From Styela clava (lineage: Eukaryota), in the NCBI RefSeq assembly GCF_964204865.1, contig NC_135251.1, positions 20,026,001 to 20,090,000 on the forward strand: 64,000 nucleotides of DNA, in the 5' to 3' direction. Below, piece after piece: positions 13,601-28,600 of the stretch; within the stretch, counting starts at the first letter, position 1, and each line of letters starts with the position of its first letter. The position numbers were made by a program, and so were the translations under genes. A model generated the notes under the pieces. It saw only the letters and a list, made by a program, of their open reading frames with translations. It did no database searches and was not told the DNA's origin.

Positions 13601-16600
13601 TATTAAAATAAAATAAAAATGATACATTGTCATTGCTATATTCATCACCACTCGCGAAACACATGATTTTTTCAAACAAAAGTCAGGGTGCCTCTTGTGT
13701 ATGAATAACATACCTCAGTAGGATATTTTGAATTTAGTACAAGTCTTTCAACAACCAAGATATATATATTTTCAATGGAAAATGCATTAAGACGATAATC
13801 ATATGATATACGAAGATGTCGATCGCTGGATAACGGCTTCGACCAGCATGAATGATTATAAAATTAATTATTCAGGTAAATAATTGCTTTTTATGTGGAA
13901 GGTTTTGTTAAGCTTCATTTCCTATGCTTACAATTTCTTTTCGTTTTCAACAGAGCAATCTAGTGGAGGTAATGAGACGGGTGGTCTGCATGTTTGTCCT
14001 CTTTGATCGAGAGCAAACGCGGCGACGTCATTGTTCAAAGTACCGTCGTCTAAGTTCAAGTCATCAATCGGATCTCCATTGAAATTACCACACAATCCTC
14101 TGACCTAAATGTAATCATGTTTTTATTGATGCAACATGACATGATGTATGTAAACTTGTCTTCAAATTAACATTAACGAAAAATTAAAAATTCTTTTTTC
14201 TTAAATTTAGATAGATGCTATAAATATGATAAATTTTTGTTTTCGCAATAGTGGTCCTCGTAACTAACACTATCATTTCCACGTGATATATTGATATTTG
14301 GATAAATATAGCATGTTATTCATTTTATATCTGGCAAAATAAGCAATATAGGACACTAGAAATGCCATATACAACGTTTGAATGTTTGCCGGTTGTAACT
14401 TTGCGTTTAGTATTTACTTTCAGTCTAGAATAGATATTTTTCAAATTGTGTCGAACGGTACTTTATTTCATTACTTTCAATTTGGGTCAATAAGTATTGT
14501 TATTGAGTTTATATCTATAAGATCTTCTTTTAGAATTGGACCTTGTGCGATTGTTTTTTTTGCATTCAAATAAATAATTCAATCAAACATTCTCTGGTGT
14601 GTCAAGAATACTTCTCTCTATCACAACCCAGATAAAAAGAACATAAACAAATCTTACTTTTCCTCCAAACCTCGATGGCAAGGTTACTCTCAAATTACTC
14701 CCATCAAAAGCTATTTCCAATCCAAAGAAAGTTTTCAAGACTGTAAACGTTCCTCTGCGATCCACAGTTATCATGCGATCCTCATCAGCGCTTCTCCAAT
14801 TGTAGACACTTCTTCCATCAACCTTTAACGTGTGTTTGAATATTGATAGATTAGAAAGGATTTTATCTAATTTTGTTGCTATTGTTAGGACTATCATGGG
14901 CATTGTAAAATTAGATATTTTTCAATGTCTAGTAATGTTGCGTATGTAAAAAATAATAAAGAAAATAACACAATTAAAATATTTGATTAAGCAAAATGAA
15001 TAATAAGCAGAAAAGCAAAGTAAACAAAAAGAGAGTAAATTATTGCGACATGTATGATAAAAGATTGAAAGTGTAACATCATCCTGTATGAGTATTTGAA
15101 TGGCCAGAGTTTGATGCTGATTTTCAATTCGACAAGCGGATAATGTATTTTTTTCTTCAAAATTTGAATTATATCAAAGAATCGTGTTTGTGTTTAAAGT
15201 GGGCGCGATGCCAAACGAGCTTTACTTGATTAAAATATCCAATTCTCAATGTAAGTTTCACCACTTGAAGAGATGAAAATGAGTGAAAAGTTAAATGACT
15301 GGATATTTCATGGAAATGAATTTTCGCCAATTTTTTTGCCAAATGTCGAAGAAGCGCAAGTCGAAAATGCTAGCACAATAATCATTTTTTTGAAAAATTA
15401 AGCAACACTGATTCCATGCTACATTTACCATGCATGTAAGATATAATTTCATTGCTGTGCCGATTGATAAAGCTTGTAATTCAAATCAAAATGAAACGTG
15501 CTCTAAGCAATTTGATAGCGCAAAAGGATAAATTAAAATGCATGGATGATTCGTGCTTTGCGTTTGTCTACCTTTGGTTTACGGCGAAGTCCTGCGAGTC
15601 GCAGAACAAAAGTTCATGTGAACTAGGCTTTCGACTTGGAAATGATGAAAATATGGAACAAAAAAGCATTAAACGTATTATACCCGTGCCTGTGCCTGTG
15701 TTTTTAGAAGCATTGATTTTCCAAGTCCTGGAAGTCGTAGACGAATATTCTTCAGTACAGTGAGTTTATCATTGTCAGATGACGGTTGGATGTTAGCCGT
15801 CAAAACGAATGATTCCAATCTACTACGGGGATTTCCACGTTCGAATTCTCTCTTCGCAATGACGTAATGACATTGAGTATTGAGGTCATAATTATTTCCG
15901 TCAAAGGTAGAAAAGTGAGTGCTTCCCCAAGCATGGCATGTAGATGTTTCTAAAAATTATTATACATCACATATCAGATTGAAATTGTATATTATAATGA
16001 CATTTTCCATCTGGTCCAAGTTTAATTTTTGTTTTAAAATTCCTAATAAAATAACCCTAAAAAGGATCAGGACGTTAAGTGGAAAGAAAGACGTTTTCAC
16101 AGATAAACGTCATTTGCAATAAAGTTTCATGTCATAATAATAAAGTAAGAACGTCAAAAATATAGTTAAAATGTCGCAATGTCATATTAAGTATTTTATT
16201 TACTTGAAATTGCAAATGCATTCACAACATTCCACTAATTTTTATCCGATTCATATGATAACCTGTTGGAAGCCTCGCTTCGTGATATTGAAGACTTCCC
16301 TATATTGCAGAGATTATCCGAAACTTACCGATTCGAATACAGTCCAATTTTCCAATTCCATTGATAGCGCATTCCTCTTCTCTACCGCATTTTGCAGCAT
16401 TGCATGTAACTATTCCAGCATTACATTCACACAGCGTCTTACACTCTTTAGTGTAAAATATGTCTCCGCTCTAAAAATAGTACAAAGAGGTCATATTAAA
16501 ATAGATTCATTATTAATACTCTATTTGAGCACAAAAAAGATAAAAATACATGGGTAAGGTATATTTTTCATATTTGTTTTCATGCCTTTTTCGCTTTAAA

Positions 16601-19600
16601 GAAGGTCCCATGCCAGAAATCGCTTGAATGAAAGAGACCACATGAGCTGACTGAATGTCGAATCTTTAATTTCAGCTTACCCAACTTCCCTAGTTGATAA
16701 ATTATAACTACCTTGTAATATCGCCCATCCTTAACACATCCACATTGGCTCACTGGAACGTATTCATCTCCAGAAAGAACAAATCCATCATCAGGGTGAC
16801 AACCTAAAAATGTTCAAAATAGTTACTGGCGATATACGAAATATCAATGAACAAAAAACAATTCATAGCAAAAATAATATCTAAAATATTTAATATGGTA
16901 TGTTTAGATCCATAAATACAATGATGCAATGATTCTATTTCATATACTATTCTATAACTCACCTTCAACGCAGTTATTTCCAATATCACTCAGTCTACAT
17001 TGTGAACCATCAAGATCATCACACGCAGGCTGGCATTGCATCATACAAGGTTCAAAGTGGCTGTTAGTCGGACAAGGCACATCAGCTAAATACAATTTTG
17101 TTTTGTTTATTACAAGCAATTATGAAAAATGTAAGTATGTATGAGAGTAATATATAAGAGAGGCGCTGATCAAATTCTAAGTTTAGCCGAATTCGAGAGA
17201 ATATTGTGAAAAACAAAGAAGTTTCAGAAAGTAATTCGAGAGAATGATGCAAAATAAATAACATATAGTCATACATTATTTTGAAAGAAGGGATTTACTG
17301 AATTGTGAACTAAACTAATAAGATTAATTATTATTCAGAAAGAAATATCCTCTCACTCAGGTTAGCTTCTTCTCTCCAATTCTTATCTAAATCTCCTCCT
17401 TCTTGTCTACAATCCTCAGTGTAGTCTGAAATCACTCTTTCTCGCATTTTTTCGTCACCTACGAAAGCGCACATGTCCAGCATGCAGTTAGCGTACACAG
17501 ATTCTGCATCAGCTAAACGTTTACAATTCTTCAGTGGACCATCAGGATTTATTAGCACGGAACAAGCTTGTTCAGCTTGGATCATCTCTTCCACTCCGCA
17601 CTCAAATACTGGACGTTCAACGAGAAAATCGGCCTGAGGGCTGGGACATCTAAAATAAGATTGAGGTTAGATAATATTATTGTTTGAACGCGGGCATGTG
17701 AATGAATACCGAAATTGTTATACCAGAACTTAAGTAAGTACTTTGTAATAAAATGCGTTTTACCACTAATTATTTATACACCTTAAACAGTTTTTAATTG
17801 TTTTCAACCTCAATACTACTTAAGACTGTTGCTAACTGAATAGCGACGAACTGTTGGGTTGCATATACATGGGTATCAATTATACTCACTCATCGTTATA
17901 ACCCTCTACTCTCCACGAATTAACAAACTCTTCTGGTTCTTCGAATACTTCTTCAGTAAAGCCATTTGTCAAATCGTCTGAAGGGTCGTCGTTGAAATTA
18001 CCACAAACACCTTCCACTTGTCCTCTCAAATTTCCCATTGCCGAGATTCTCAATCTGTAAAAAGGTTCATAATTCTAAATTTTGTAAAAGATGAATTGAT
18101 AAAGGATAGTTACTCAAAACAAATTTGGATTCCTCTAAATGGATTATTATACCACATTTTTAAGTTTCTCACCTGTCTGATCCATCCCATCTGACGTTAA
18201 GACCAAAGTCAAAATTGGCTGACATGTATCTTCCTATTTTCATAAGTTTCATTCCTGATTCAGATGTTCCAGTCTGTACGACTTCGCCATTGAGCTATGC
18301 AAACAAACAGTGAAGTTTAGTTTGTTGGGAGATAAACGAGAATAACTAATATACATAAACAGAATTTTATATGGTCTGATTTTATTAAATATTCCACCCC
18401 AGGATTGTATTTCTGAGATTTGTTCTTTTGTTTTTCCCTAACAAGAATCTGTACAATTAAACTATCTGGCGCAATCTAATGGATTTAAATGAGTGAAATT
18501 CGAAATACCTAAACTCTCACAACATAAATTAAAATGGTTGTGTTTGGGCCTTGATAAGGATCGAACCCGAATTCATTAGCTTGCGGAGTCAATATAGTTA
18601 GACTATTGTTCCTACCACAATGAGATATCAATATTGGGAATAGATTTTTCAATTCCCACTATCCTCTTGCATACCTCAACGACTGGGCCTTTAAACATTG
18701 ACAATCTTTGTCCACGATAATCTATATGAATTTCTTTCACGTTGGACACAGTAATGTTAGGCAAAGGTTGTTCGTTCACGGCAACAACGGTGAATGGGTC
18801 AATTGCAGAACTGACCTTTGACCTGTGATTGACAATACGATTAATTAATTTCAACAATAGTATTTAAATTGATTCACTACATCTTTAAATAAAATAGAAT
18901 TGTCACCTACCTGACCATTGTATAGGAGCAGATACCCTGTGAATCAAATTTCTTTCCATCGAACGATGTGTAATGAGGATCCGTTATAGCTTTGCAAGTA
19001 GCACGACGCTGAAACCAAAACATACTATTTCACAAAAACACCGTCAAAATGTTAGAAATTCATGATCAAGTAAAAATTGAAATGTAGTCTAAATAATCAA
19101 ATTTATACTGTTTCCAAACAATAAAATCCAAATTCTGTATAAATTATTTATATTCAGAAATATTATAAAAAAAAAAAAAGTTTTTTCAAGAATATAAATG
19201 TATAAAATATATATATGAGTTTAAATATGAATTACAACATTAATATTCCGCTTTTAAGTTCAACTTTTGCTTACTCTAGTGCCTGGCATGCATTGAAAAT
19301 ATCCTCCTGCAGCTCGGTTACAGCGTTCTGACAATAGACATCCATCGTCGACGTCCTTGCATTCAAAAATATTTTGACCCACACATTTACATTCTCTTGT
19401 GCAATCCTCATTTTCTTTGTAACTGAAGCCTTGGAAATGATAAAAACTTTTTAGTATTTGTTATCTAGTATTTGTTAATTGAAAAATAATTAGTTTTATC
19501 GGTGATATACACTAAGTACTGAGCTATATATCAAAATTTAGAAATGAGACTAGTACCTCTCGCGTAATAAACTCCATCAACCAGGCATCCACATTTTTCT

Positions 19601-22600
19601 ACGGGAACACATTTGCCAACAGAAAGGAAGAATCCGTCCAAACAATCGCAACCTAAAAATAAAAATGAAATCAATTAATGTTTTTGATTTTTTTCACCCA
19701 GAATAATCACTTGTTTCGTTTCTATTTTATCGCGTCAGATATTTACCTTCAACGCAGTGGTCTCCCAAAAGATATGGCAACTTCCTCTTACAAATCGATG
19801 CGTCGGGATCCCCACATGTAGGTTGACATTGATGCATACATCTCGAATATTTGCTGTTTGCTCCGCACTTTACAGCTAAAATCCAAAACATTGTAATGTT
19901 TAAATCAAAATAAAACGTAAGTTTATATATATATATATATATATATACATACATGCCGCGTAACGTTGATGAATACGTTATTTCAACTACAATATGTGCT
20001 CGTGATAGTATTAGCGACCATCGAACTTACGCATTTTTTCGTCCGACCTCCACGGATCAGGACCCTTTGAAAACTCGAGACAATCGTGTGTGTATGATGA
20101 CAAAACTCTATCTTTGTAGTTCATGTCTCCATCTGTTCTACATAAGTCGTTTACGCATGCCCTGTACGCTGGAGCTGGATCTACTACCCGGTGACACTTT
20201 GCAAACGGCCCTTCAGTATCCAAAACAATATTGCACTGATCCTGATAGTTGGAAAGTACATCAGGGGAATTGCAGTCATCAGGAACGTCATCAAGCTCGA
20301 CCACGCATCTGCAATATGGAATTGTAAACATTTATCAGTATTCAATAATGTGTCTATTTGTATTAGCATCAGGTAACATTTTTATGTCTAAATTAATTGA
20401 AGAATAAAAAAAAAAGCAGTAAACCAAAACGTGCCCAATAAAAAAACAAAGTCGTGTTCTCAAATCAAACAATTGAATGTAATTTTACTTAGGAAGGAAT
20501 ATAACATATGTTCGTTGTATACAAGAAATCTCTGAAGACTGATAAAGAAAACAGGACTCTTGCAGTGGACAATCTTCACTTACTTTTTTTCTGAATGTTC
20601 TTTGATTTCCCAGCCTTTTACGAAATCATTCATATCGTTGGTAATGAGGCCGTCTGGCATGGTGAAGTCATCGTCCATATCATCATTGTATCGACCACAC
20701 ATTCCTTCTACCTTGCCCTTGAGATCGTCCCATACGGTTACTCTGAGTCTGTGTTGAAAATCGAAGATTATTATATCAAATATTAAGTACATGTGCTGTT
20801 GACCTGGAAAAATTTGAAACATACCTGTCTTTTCCATCCCATCTGATTACCAATCCAAAGTCCCATTCAATAACTGTGAATAATCCAATCTTGCGGATAG
20901 TTGCACCCTGTATCGTAGAACCAGGATTGTACACCTTTCCATTGATCTGACGTAAAAAAATATAAAATGTTTATTATGAATAAAAGTATGCAACTCTTAA
21001 CAATGTGTGGTTTTATGATTGTTTGATGATGGCGGTTATCTAGACATAAGAAGCTCGACAGGTAACTTTTTTATCTGGACATTTAAAACATATATACTAG
21101 GCATTTGTGCGAATGCATTCATACAAATGAATAACATATCAAATTATAATCATAATCGCTTTTTACGTAAATTTCAATAGTTTGTTTCTTCAATATTAAT
21201 TTCGTTGTCTTTCCATGACTCTTCAAAGCAATGTCGTTGAAAAGTTTTCCTCGCTTTCACCTACGGAGCAATCGGCCCCCAATATGGAGTCAAGTCAAGT
21301 TTATTTTTTCTACCAGTAAATAGAAAAAACAGCACAGAAAATACGAAGTAAAATGAAAATTACACAGTTTTACTGGGAATTGATCAGTTCTCATTAAGTT
21401 CGATCCGTCGGTACTAATTAAGTAACAATATATTGTGTATTGAATTCCAAAAAGCGCCAGTGAGCAAATTGCATACCGTAACTCTCAAATTTCTGGAAAC
21501 TTTTAGTTTAAAATCGTCTCCAACTTCGACGATAATCTGTCTAACTGAAGATGTTGATTGTAACGAAGACGATCTTTCATTCGAAGCAGTAACTCGGAAA
21601 CGTGGAGCATCGCTTGATGGAATTGATCTGTTGAGAAACCAACGTCGCGAAATTAAAAACGCGAAGATGCAAAATAATAATGAATGAAACACAAATGAAA
21701 AGTCGATCCTCTAAAATATATTAGTTATCTGAGCATTCTCTCTGATTTACTCACAAAAACATCTCATTTAAATGACCTAGACATACATACAATATTATAT
21801 CAATAGAGCGATAGGAATATTTTTAAACATAAATAAAAACAATACTGACTGTGTCATAATGTAAGCACATGTTCCGGTAGAATCGAACGTCTTTCCATCA
21901 AACGTTGTGTAGTGAGGATCTGTGATAGCTTTGCATGTCGCCTTGTTCTGGAAAAATAATAATTTTACAATATTAATTGATTCTATAAGTTAATAATTAG
22001 CAATTATATCAGTCTTACTCGTATATGCGGTGTGCATTGATATCTTTCATTGACTTTTGTGCATCTCTCAGTTGTTCTACAAGGATCCGTTGGAAGGCAA
22101 ACTACGTCACCGGCGCCTACGCATTCACATACGATGTCGCATTTACTATTCAAATATCGGAAACCTAAATTCATTGAAAACTTCAGTATATAGTAGAACT
22201 GTAGTGGTTTATAGGGCTTGCACTATAATCAATTTTAAAAACTATTTTCATTTTTTCTCAAAATATATTGTGATTTCAATAAGAACCCCGTCAAACACTT
22301 ATATGCTGGTCGGAGAATTTTGTTGCCTTGATCGTTATTAACATTTTAAAAGGGAAATAACGCCTAACTTCTGAAAACAATCCAGTCCGACTTTAGCATG
22401 GTCGATTGTGTTGATTTGCTGTTGATACAAATGGAATCCAGTGACAGAATTTGATCAATAAAAAATTTTCGTCATTGTCTCAAAAAGTAGATCTTGATTA
22501 TTTGGTGTTTTTATTAAATAGTTATAGTTTTGATGATTACTTCGGTGGAATTTTGATTGGACAAGTGATCACATTGCTCAATTGTTTGGTCTACTTCAGA

Positions 22601-25600
22601 CATACTAATGTTTTTAAAATTAGGATTTTTCGCATACCTTGTTCTCTGTATTTGCCATCAATGAGACAACCACATTCTTCGAGAGTGACACATTTACTGC
22701 CTGATAAGACAAGTCCAGGATTGCAAGCACAACCTAAAATTTGAAAGAAAAAAAAACATAAATAAGTAAATCCAATGCATAAGATAAATTTATTATATAT
22801 TTGAAAGCCCATTTATTTTCAATTCATCTGAACTAAGATGCAAACACGTATAATACATTTATATTCTTTGCTATGATTAACTTACCGGACACGGGTTGGT
22901 CCCCTAGTGAATTGTTAGCTTTGCAAATTGAAGCATCAGGATCGTCGCATGTTGGTTGACATTGCTCCATAGGTACCATGGAAATCATTTTGTCGGGACA
23001 TTCTTCAGCTAGAAAATTTAAATATAGCTTAAAATAAAGAACTATTCGCAGAAGACGAAATTAGGTCAACAAATAACCCATATCGACAAGTGTTTCACTA
23101 CAACAAGACGGAAATCCAAGATTTACTGATAGGATGCTTCGTTAACAAGTTCATTAAAAGTGGGTGATATTTCAACTTGTTCGATGTTTTTCCTCAAAAT
23201 AACTTTCAAGTAAAATACAATAATGCTGTTGCAGATTAATTTACACAAATTTGTTTTTTCGCAACGAAACGAGAATTTGGACTTTATTAAATTGGTGACG
23301 ACAAAATGAACTAATATTATTCAAATCTTACTTATATTAGGGGTGTTTGGTCTTTCCTCCGTCTCAAGACAATCTTCGGTGTATTCACTAGCAATTCGTT
23401 CATAGTGGCCATCATTTTTTCCCAAGGCACACAAGTCAAATATACAATCATTGTAGAAAGATTCCGGCGCAACACGGTCATGACACGCCTTCCAACTTCC
23501 ATCGGGATTGACAAGCTGCGAACATATTTTATTGTATTCACTAAACCGTTCGCAATTGTCCACTACTGAAGAGTTTAAAGTGCCAGGAGGTGGATCCAAG
23601 AAGCAGCTAAAATTTACAATTGACATGTTAGTTCGGCATGTGAAATATGTACAGGTATTTATGTTTTCTTGAAGCAACAATAAACTTTGTAATTAACAGT
23701 ATAGTATACTTTTCGACCGAATATATTATAAACGCTTGTCATAAATAGGCTTTAAAACTGAAAACAAATATTAGTATTTGTCACTTTCTAACAAAAATCT
23801 GGCATAACATTGGACGTTTTTCCTTTTGTTTATTCAACGCAGTATTTTTTTTACATAAATTAATTTTCCCCAACAATTGAGTGTCTTTATCAGTGTTGAC
23901 TTTATCAGTTTATCACTCATAAACCCTTCGATATTTTGATTTACTGCTTACCTTTCTTCACTAAATCTGGCATAACATTGGATGTTTTTGCTTTTGTTTA
24001 TTTAACGCAGTATTTTGTTTACATAAATTAATTTTCCCCAACAATTGAGTGTCTTTATCAGTGTTGACTTTATCAGTTTATCACTAACAAACCCTTCGAT
24101 ATTTTGATTTACTGCTTACCTTTCTTCACTAAATTCGTTAATTTTCCAATGTCTTACGAATTTATCAGCTTCTGGTTCTAGCTTTCCCCGCGGTGTTGTA
24201 AAATCATTCTCAGGATTATCATCGAAATCTCCACACAAACCTTCGACTTTGTTCTTCAACTTAGCCCACGCCATCACACGTAATCTGTCATTGACAAAAT
24301 CGTTCATTGAGACTACCAAACGCGTTCAATTTCTGAGTACAGAAACTAGACAGCAGTAAGAAACGAATAATAATAATAAAAGTGTCATTCATGCTGAACG
24401 AATCGAATCAGATTGTGTAGAAATGATATTTTAAAATACAATACAAGTTTATGGAACTTCTGTTACACGTGTACCTGAATGAATCTCATACAAGGCATCT
24501 AAGAGCACTCTCCTGATATGAAACATGCATAGCAATAACCTGGTAATGAAACAAAATAGTTGAAAAAAAAGTTTACCTATCGATACCATCCCATCTGACT
24601 ACGAGACCAAAATCAAACTCAGCTACTGTGAATTTACCAACTTTACGAATTTGTACATTTCGAACTTTTGTGCCGGGTAGAACAACATCTCCGTTTATCT
24701 ATAAAATAGAGCCCTCCATTAGTGAAAGTAATCGCACATTGTGAAGCCAGAAATATGATTCAAAAAGTTGACCAAATAAGTCTCAAACAGTAGGTCATTG
24801 ATCAGATATAATCCCACCTTGACCACAGGACCAGCAGAAAAAGATACTCTGAAATCTCTGCCGACATCAATATGAACTTCCTTAACGTGAGATACAATTC
24901 GGTTTTCAGGAGGGGCCTCGTTCACAGCCACGACTCTAAATTTTTCTACGTCAGCGCCTTGCTTCGATCTGTCACAGAAAGTTCAAATTAATATTTCTCT
25001 GAATTTCAATCTTTTTTAATACAATAGATATATTTATATGTTGTGCATGTGATCATACCTAACCATTATGTAGGCACATGTCCCCATAGAATCAAATTTG
25101 ACTCCGTCGAAGGTCTGGTAATGAGGATCAGTCACTGCTTTGCAAGTTGCTCGTCTCTAAAGTGGAAATAAAAAGAATATGAAATAGACTATATACGGGA
25201 ATTGAGTCTGTATTGAACCCCTGGTTAAACTAACTCGATGTGTAAAACCACTCACTCTGATATGTTTCACGCAAGCCCTTGCACCTTCGTCGTTGAATCT
25301 ACAACGCTGACCTTTCGGACATTTGTCACGTGTTGTACAGACCAGTTCTCCTTCCCCGAGGCAAGTACATTGTACTGTGCAATTGTCATTATTGTATGTG
25401 AACCCTGCAACATATGAGGTGGTGTTACATAAACTAGTTGAATGAGAACGAAAAAATTGTGAAGAGCAAAGACTTCGTGTTATAAAAAAAATAGATAAAA
25501 TGGTTCGTACCTTTCTCGATATACCGTCCATCAACTTCGCATCCGCATTCTGATTCTGATACGCATACATCTCCAGATAGTAAGTATCCATCATCACAAA

Positions 25601-28600
25601 CACAAGCTGAAATTTTTTAAATCAGATATAAAATCATGAAAACAAGCGTTTAAATAAATTGAACCTAGAATATAAAATTGAAATACTTATAGAAAGTAAA
25701 GATCATGGATACTTACTATCAACACATGCAGTTGATACTGCGCCACTTGTAATACATTTCTCTCCATGCTTATCATTGCAAGTAGGTTGACATGGTGATA
25801 CACAGTTTTCAAAATGTGAATTATCCGAGCACAAAGCGGCTGAAAAATAATAAAAATGGCTAAAATCTTACAATTATTCTCAAAAATGAATTAATTGACA
25901 ACATTTATAAATTAAGTCATAAATCCTGACCAATCAACTTAAATCTGTATGATATCCCCATAAGACTCTTTTGTAGCAAGAGTGATCGTAATTTAGTTAA
26001 AAACGATTCAAATACCTTCTTCTTCTGGCGTCCTGAAATCCAAATTTCCGGGTGGAACTTCGTCTGAAACAGCTTCTTCTCTGCAATCTTCAGTATAAGA
26101 TGAAATGATTCTCTCTCTCATTGCTGGGTCACCCTTTGTAGCACACATATCAAAGACACAATCGTTGAATGTTGAATTAGGGCTTGTGATGTCGAAGCAA
26201 TTTCGAAGCGGACTGTCTGGATCGATCAACAGTTGACAAGACCGTCTGTATTCTTCTAATTGTTCGTGGGATCCACAGAAGTGATCTGGAGTATCGGTGG
26301 TTGGATCTTCGCACCTGTGATATTGGTGGAATATGGAATATGGATTGTCATTCAGCATAACAAAATGAGTTAAGTAGCCGTCATGTCAAATTAAATAAAC
26401 AATAAATTAAAAATTCTTAATATGTACAATAAACAGATTACATTAGCGATTCTAAGATGAATTTACTCTAATAACGATATAAACACTTACCCAGTAGTCT
26501 CGTATCCATCCACTCTCCAGCTATTTACAAATTCGTCGATTTCAGTCACCAAAGTACCGTCAGGAGTCATAAAATCGTTGCTTTGATCGTCGTTAAAATC
26601 GCCACATACACCTTCCATTGTTCCTTTCAAGCTTGCCCATGCCATAATACGTAATCTACAAATAGTGAGTATATTGAATAAAAAATAATTAAGGTATGCA
26701 TTATATTTGCATTCGTCCTTGCGTGGCGTGTGTGGTGGAAACTGTTCGTAACCTGGGCACATAGAACATAACACAATCAACAGCAACAAAAAAACTTAGC
26801 TCCACATATCCAAATTTGACGAAAGTGTATTAATTTCAGAAGAAACTTAAAAAACTTATATTATGCAAAACGATAATACAGTATTTTCATATACATATCC
26901 ACTAACATCGGAACAAGAAAACCAAATAGTGATTCTAGATAGTCAAGATGAATAAAAAAGTGCGAGGAGTTCAATTTGGAAATTTTGTAATCATCTCGGC
27001 AAAATAAACTTCTTGGAAATAAAGTGTCGCACTTTTAGATATCTTATACATTTTTTGTGGTTACAAAAATTTTCGCGTTATTTTCAAAAAATTTCAATTT
27101 TACTGTTTAAGTGTACCTGTCAATGCCATCCCATTTCACTACAAGATCGAAGGGAAATTTGGCAACAAAAAATCTTCCGATTCTTATAAATTCAATATCG
27201 TGAAGTGTTGTTCCCGATAAAACACGTTCTCCGTTTACCTACAATAATTAAAAAAGAATTAACAATCGTGTTCAACACTGGGACAAGTTTCTAGGTATTA
27301 TCAAAAGATTCAAAAATGAGAACGCATTATATTTTATTATTCTATTTTTGTTTGTTCCAATACGCAGGCAGTCACTAATAAGGTATCTGCGGCGCTTGGA
27401 GCAAACAAGTTTTGGGTTTGCATAATCTACCAAATTTCTTCCATCGCTGACAAGATTGGAAGGCATAAGTCTAAACCACTGTAAGCATAACTTATAAATA
27501 AGACTAAAATGCTGAAGTTTAGCTTATTGCCAAAACAAAGCTAAAAAATCGCTCATAAAAATTGTTCAGTTTATCTCAAAATTCATAATTCACCAAATTT
27601 TAAGAAGCAAACATAGAAAAGTAGTTGAAAGAGAGAACATTTCGCACACAAAAAAACGACTTTGTTATATTTGGATCAAATAGATTATTTTTATGCATAT
27701 TATTGGTCTGGAAAAAATTTGAAAAATCAAAAAAAACTTAAAATAGTATTTTCAATAATGAAAAAAAATTTTTGCATTTCGTTCCAAGCATACAAAAAAT
27801 CTATAGTATCCATTTTGTTAAAAAGACGACAACACTTACAGTAACTACAGGGCCTGCTGTAAATCTAATAGTGATGTCATCTCCCACGTAAATGAAGACC
27901 TCTTTGACACTCGATACAGTTTCGTTCACGTTTTTTGGCTTCTCGTTGACCGCTACGATACGGAATGGCGTCACACCTGAATCCTCTTTGGTCCTGTGAC
28001 GAAATCATTTATTATTGATTAAGTTAATTTAGGTAATTAACATTAAAAGTACGTACGTCATTGTGAATGTCGGACAATATTGCTTCCAAATCCTTTTTTT
28101 GTTATTTTGAATGAAAAACTTTAGCGTTGGCAGGGAAAAACAGGAATTTTGTTATAGCAGCGTGGTTAGAATCAATAATTAAATGTATTAGATTGTTTTT
28201 CATGATAAAATACCATCTTACTTTGCCATTACGTATGCACATAATCCCATGGAATCGAATCGCACTCCATCAAAAGTCATATAATGAGGATCAGTAACTG
28301 CTTTGCAAGTTGCTCGTCTCTGAAATAATAATTAATTGTATTACAGCACTTTGATAAATAAACTGATATACTTGTATAGAATTCAAATTCTAAAAAATTA
28401 ATATACGGGTTCTATCTAACTATTGGTAGAAAAAAATTATAATTTTCTACAAATCAAGTTTCTTTTGTGTTTTATAATCTTTCTTTCATGAGTATAAAAG
28501 AAACAATAAAAAGACTAACGACTAGGTGAAAATTGTGATGCTTTTTAAAATGAATTCGTTAAACGCGTCATGCCAAACGTCATACAAATCAAACTTATTT

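Noticed and set aside
18545-18616. tRNA gene
   Set aside because: Only a B-box is recognisable; acceptor and anticodon stems do not pair, so at most it is a decayed SINE.
19953-21687. Plus-strand ORFs opposite VWD/C8 exons (also 10840-11022, 32504-32761, 47008-47199, 49578-49823)
   Set aside because: They are antisense shadows of real minus-strand exons, with no recognisable motifs or splice chain of their own.
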